Assembly (NCBI GenBank): GCA_035504735.1
Contig: DATJRJ010000275.1
Coordinates: 1-32,000, forward strand
Origin: Candidatus Binataceae bacterium
Lineage (GTDB): Bacteria; Desulfobacterota; Binatia; Binatales; Binataceae
Direction: 5' to 3'
DNA: 32,000 nt
The notes below the pieces were generated by a model. The model was not told where the DNA came from and did no database searches. It saw nothing but the letters and a program-made list of their open reading frames with translations. Shown here one piece after another: positions 26,823 to 32,000 of the stretch (positions are counted from its first letter, which is position 1; every line of letters begins with the position of its first letter). The translations under genes and the position numbers were made by a program.

Positions 26823-27995
26823 ATGTTCGGCGAAATAAATCCACGCGCTAAACCCAAAGCTCCATTTATTTCTATCGAAGAGGCGCTCGAAGAGATCCGG
26901 CGCGGCCGGATGCTTATCCTGATGGATGACGAGGAGCGCGAGAACGAAGGCGACCTGTGCATGGCGGCGGAGAAGGTTACCGCCGAGGCCGTCAACTTCA
27001 TGGCCAAGTACGGACGCGGGCTGATCTGCCTGCCGATGTCCTCGGAGCGCGCCGACCAACTCGGGTTGAATCCGATGGTCGCCAACAACCAGGCGCCGCT
27101 CGGCACTGCGTTTACGATCTCGATCACCGCCAAGAGCGCCTCCGGCTCAGGCGTGTCGGCCCATTCGCGCGCTATCACGATCATGCAGGCAGTGCGCGAT
27201 GAGACGCGCGCCACCGACTTCACGCGGCCCGGCCACGTTTATCCGCTGCGCGCGCGCGATGGCGGCGTGCTGGTGAGGACCGGACAAACCGAAGGGGCCG
27301 TCGACCTGGCGCGGCTGGCGGGGCTCAAGCCGGCGGGTGTGATCTGCGAGATCCTGAAGGAAGACGGCACCATGGCGCGGCGTGATGACTTGGTGCAGTT
27401 CGCCAGAACTCACAAGCTCAAGATCGTGACCGTCGCTGATATTATTGGCCATCGGCTGCGGCATGAAACGATGGTGGTGCGGATCGCGGAGGCACGGCTG
27501 CCGACCGCGCACGGTGAGTTCCGCGCCCTCGTCTACCGCAACCGGGTCGATTTGACCGAGCATCTGGTGCTGGTGATGGGCACGGTCGATGCGGGCCGGC
27601 CGATCCTGGTGCGCGCCCATCGCGAGTACCTGCCCGGCGACGTATTCGGCTATCTTTCGCGCGATACGCGGAGCCTGCTCAAGGTCGCGATGGAGCGTAT
27701 TGCCGCGGCCGGCGAAGGGGTCATTCTGTATCTCAAGCGCGAGGCCAACGCGATCGCGGCAGAGCTCAATGGCAACGGGCAAAGGCGCGCGGTCAGCACC
27801 CATCTGAACCAGCCCGCGGTCGACTTTCGCGAGTACGGGATCGGCGCCCAGATTCTGCGTGATGTGGGCGTGCGAAAGATGATTCTGATGTCCGACACTC
27901 CGCCGCGGCTGGCGAATCTTACCGGCTACGGACTCGAGATCGTCGATCACATTCCACTCCTTATCGACCAGGCCGCCGCCGCCAATGGCAGATAG
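26823..27995 (+). CDS. ribB: 3,4-dihydroxy-2-butanone-4-phosphate synthase fused to a degenerate GTP cyclohydrolase II-like domain (RibBX-type ribBA)
   Basis: The N-terminal half is canonical (DDEERENEGDLCMAAEKVT...KYGRGLICLPM, RTGQTEGAVDLARLAG). The C-terminal half aligns to RibA (RLPTAHGEFRALVY), but the zinc-ligand Cys positions read HREYLPGD...YLSRDTR. Confidence 0.85.
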   Translation: MFGEINPRAKPKAPFISIEEALEEIRRGRMLILMDDEERENEGDLCMAAEKVTAEAVNFMAKYGRGLICLPMSSERADQLGLNPMVANNQAPLGTAFTISITAKSASGSGVSAHSRAITIMQAVRDETRATDFTRPGHVYPLRARDGGVLVRTGQTEGAVDLARLAGLKPAGVICEILKEDGTMARRDDLVQFARTHKLKIVTVADIIGHRLRHETMVVRIAEARLPTAHGEFRALVYRNRVDLTEHLVLVMGTVDAGRPILVRAHREYLPGDVFGYLSRDTRSLLKVAMERIAAAGEGVILYLKREANAIAAELNGNGQRRAVSTHLNQPAVDFREYGIGAQILRDVGVRKMILMSDTPPRLANLTGYGLEIVDHIPLLIDQAAAANGR

Positions 27996-28046
27996 CTAGC
28001 CCACGAAAACCCGAAGCGTTTTCCGGTTTGGTTTTTCGATAACCAG

Positions 28047-29885
28047 ATGTCGCAGATACGTTTCGCAGTCGCCCAAGCTTTAGAGCATCGGTGCGTGCCG
28101 AGTCATCGATGCGGCCGGCGCGGCGGACCGGCCACCGCGATGGCCGTGCTGGTCCTTGCGCTGGTGTTTTTCGGCGTGGGCCATGTGCCGGACGCGGCAG
28201 CCGCGGCCCATCCGGATGTCGTCGCGATCGGCGACCTCCACCTCGATCATCCACTTGCGGCGGGACGGACCAGCATCCTCGAAGTTAGGTTTCGGATTCT
28301 TCACGGCTGGCATATCAACTCGAATCATCCGCTCTCCGAGGATTTCATCCCGACTCACGCCGAGATCATCGCTCCAGCGGGGGTCAAAGCGGGCTCCATC
28401 ACCTATCCGATGCCGGAGATCGTGAAGCTCGGATTCTCAACCGGCGAGAAATTTTCGGTCTTCACCGGCGACGCGCTTATCCAGGTGCCGCTCACGCCGG
28501 CATCCGGCTTCACCGGAGGGGCGTCGGAACCGGGGGCGGTGAAAATCGATTACCAGGCCTGCAACAACAATGAGTGCCTGCGGCCGACGTCAATCAGCAA
28601 GACGATCGATTTCGCCCGCCTGACGCCGGCGGGAACAGGGTCCGCGAGCCCCGCGATCGAAAATCGGACCGCGGGTTCCGGAGCCGATGCCTCGGTGCCG
28701 GCGAACCTGTTCGGCAATCATGGCTATTTCCTGGGCTTCCTGCTGGTACTGCTGGGCGGCCTGGCGCTCAATTTGACGCCTTGCGTCTATCCATTAATCG
28801 GCGTGACGGTCGCCTATTTCGGGAACCAGTCGGGAACCCATCGCAAGGTCGCGATGCTGGCATGCGTCTACGTGCTGGGAATCGCGCTGATGTTCTCGTC
28901 AGTCGGCGTCGCGGTCGCGCTTTCGGGCGGATTGTTCGGCGCTGCATTGCAAAATGTCTATGTGCTGAGCGCGATCGCCGCGGTGATGGTACTGCTCGCG
29001 CTCTCGAGTTTCGGCGTGTTCGTGGTCCAGGCGCCGCAGTGGATGATGCGCTGGGCGGCGGTGTCGCGCCCGGGCTTCCTCGGAGCGATGCTGATGGGGT
29101 TCGGGATGGGCGTGGTGGCGGCGCCCTGTATCGGACCGATCGTGCTGGGACTTCTGCTGATGGTCGAGCGCAGCGGCAGCCCGCTCTTCGGGTTCGCGCT
29201 GTTTTTCACGCTCGCCGTCGGCCTGGGGTTGCCGTACATCGGACTCGCGATGGCAGCGGGCAGCATCCGGCGCTTGCCGCGATCGGGCGAATGGTTGCGA
29301 TGGACCGAGATGTTATTCGGCTTCATTTTGATCGGCCTGGCGCTCTACTTTCTGGAACCGGTGATCCCGGGCCATATCATCAATCGCATCCTGCCGTTTT
29401 ACGCGGCAGGCGCTGGGATTTACCTGGGCTTCATCACCTCCGCCGGACGGAGTTGGCGGCCATTTCTGGTGTTCAGGGTCGGACTCGGGATGGTTGCGGT
29501 CGTGAGTCTCGCCTATTTCGCCCTGCATCGAGGTCCAAAGGTCACGCTGCATTTCCAACCGTTCGAGGAGGGAGCGTTGGCCAGCGCTCGTGCCGATGGC
29601 AAGCCGGTAGTCGTGGATTTCAGTGCCGACTGGTGCATCCCGTGCCGTGAGATGGAACGGACGACCTTCGCCGACCCGGCCGTGGTAAAGGCGGCGTCAA
29701 GCTTTATCCGGTTGCGGGCCGACCTTACAGCCGAGAGTCTCGAAAACGAGGAATTGACCCACCATTTCGGCGTCCAAGGGGTACCGACGACGTTGTTTAT
29801 CGACTCAAGCGGGCATATTCGCAAGCGCGAGGCGGGATACGTCGGCCCGCGCCAGTTTCTCGAGGATCTGCGGATTGCGGATTGA
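28047..29885 (+). CDS. dsbD: Thiol:disulfide interchange protein DsbD (protein-disulfide reductase)
   Basis: Alpha-domain cysteine pair YQACNNNECLRP, membrane core LNLTPCVYPLI and AAPCIGPIV, and a C-terminal thioredoxin domain DFSADWCIPC. The start is uncertain (28047, or the Met at 28140 before the hydrophobic signal). Confidence 0.85.
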   Translation: MSQIRFAVAQALEHRCVPSHRCGRRGGPATAMAVLVLALVFFGVGHVPDAAAAAHPDVVAIGDLHLDHPLAAGRTSILEVRFRILHGWHINSNHPLSEDFIPTHAEIIAPAGVKAGSITYPMPEIVKLGFSTGEKFSVFTGDALIQVPLTPASGFTGGASEPGAVKIDYQACNNNECLRPTSISKTIDFARLTPAGTGSASPAIENRTAGSGADASVPANLFGNHGYFLGFLLVLLGGLALNLTPCVYPLIGVTVAYFGNQSGTHRKVAMLACVYVLGIALMFSSVGVAVALSGGLFGAALQNVYVLSAIAAVMVLLALSSFGVFVVQAPQWMMRWAAVSRPGFLGAMLMGFGMGVVAAPCIGPIVLGLLLMVERSGSPLFGFALFFTLAVGLGLPYIGLAMAAGSIRRLPRSGEWLRWTEMLFGFILIGLALYFLEPVIPGHIINRILPFYAAGAGIYLGFITSAGRSWRPFLVFRVGLGMVAVVSLAYFALHRGPKVTLHFQPFEEGALASARADGKPVVVDFSADWCIPCREMERTTFADPAVVKAASSFIRLRADLTAESLENEELTHHFGVQGVPTTLFIDSSGHIRKREAGYVGPRQFLEDLRIAD

Positions 29886-30131
29886 TCCGGGGATTCGTAT
29901 TCTTGTTTGCCTATGTATATCGATGTTTGAGAATTGATTCCGGCTATCTTCGAATCGAGGCCTTTTTGGATAGTGCTTCGACCCGGTAGATTTCTTTACG
30001 ATTCGTGCTCTTTTTCGTGATTTCCTGCTATCATATAAACAACGTTTGATTTTTTGATAGCGCATCTTCGTCCAGCTTTACTTGGCAACCCGAAATGGGT
30101 ACCATCTATGTTGGCTGTGGAGTGCTGGTAG

Positions 30132-32000
<1,869 letters not shown>

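Noticed and set aside
28005-28040. Terminator between ribB and dsbD: GAAAAC-7nt-GTTTTC, followed by GGTTTGGTTTTT.
   Set aside because: The stem is only 6 bp and mostly A-U, and an alternative 5-bp pairing competes with it. dsbD starts 7 nt later, so co-transcription is at least as likely.

Overview
This is a high-GC, tightly packed bacterial chromosomal window made up almost entirely of core housekeeping genes. LolC/E, DsbD, RseP and BON-domain genes indicate a Gram-negative-type envelope.

Plus strand, left part: uppS (5' partial), cdsA, rseP, tsaB, a DUF465 gene, ilvN, ilvC, psd and pssA. A BNR/Asp-box protein follows on the minus strand. The plus strand then resumes with a leader region, leuA, leuB, an Asd/USG-1-like gene, truA and an HU gene. 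rarA is on the minus strand, followed on plus by two tandem family III CoA-transferases and a lolC/E-type permease.

Minus-strand block: a small orphan ORF, an SCP2 protein, a zinc-ribbon/TonB-C-like/BON membrane protein, an LLM-class oxidoreductase, selA, an MFS transporter and bioB. The plus strand ends with a ribBA-like gene, dsbD and gyrB (3' partial; it has no stop in the window, so it is missing from the ORF track).

I found no rRNA, tRNA, CRISPR array, transposase, integrase or obvious defence island. I cannot honestly point to a new multi-gene system here.

Best leads:
1. A self-consistent leucine-type transcription attenuator upstream of leuA: promoter, Leu-rich leader ORF, and alternative antiterminator and terminator hairpins.
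2. An Asd-family protein, coupled between leuB and truA, that has lost both catalytic residues.
3. A CoA-transferase pair in which the second copy lacks the catalytic Asp.
4. An unusual double zinc-ribbon / TM / TonB-C-like / 2xBON protein.
5. An MFS gene whose conserved N-terminus has no canonical start codon.
6. A RibBX-type ribBA whose GTP cyclohydrolase II half is degenerate.
7. An RseP with an insertion of about 100 aa in a cytoplasmic loop.

All homology calls come from reading motifs by eye. No searches were run.
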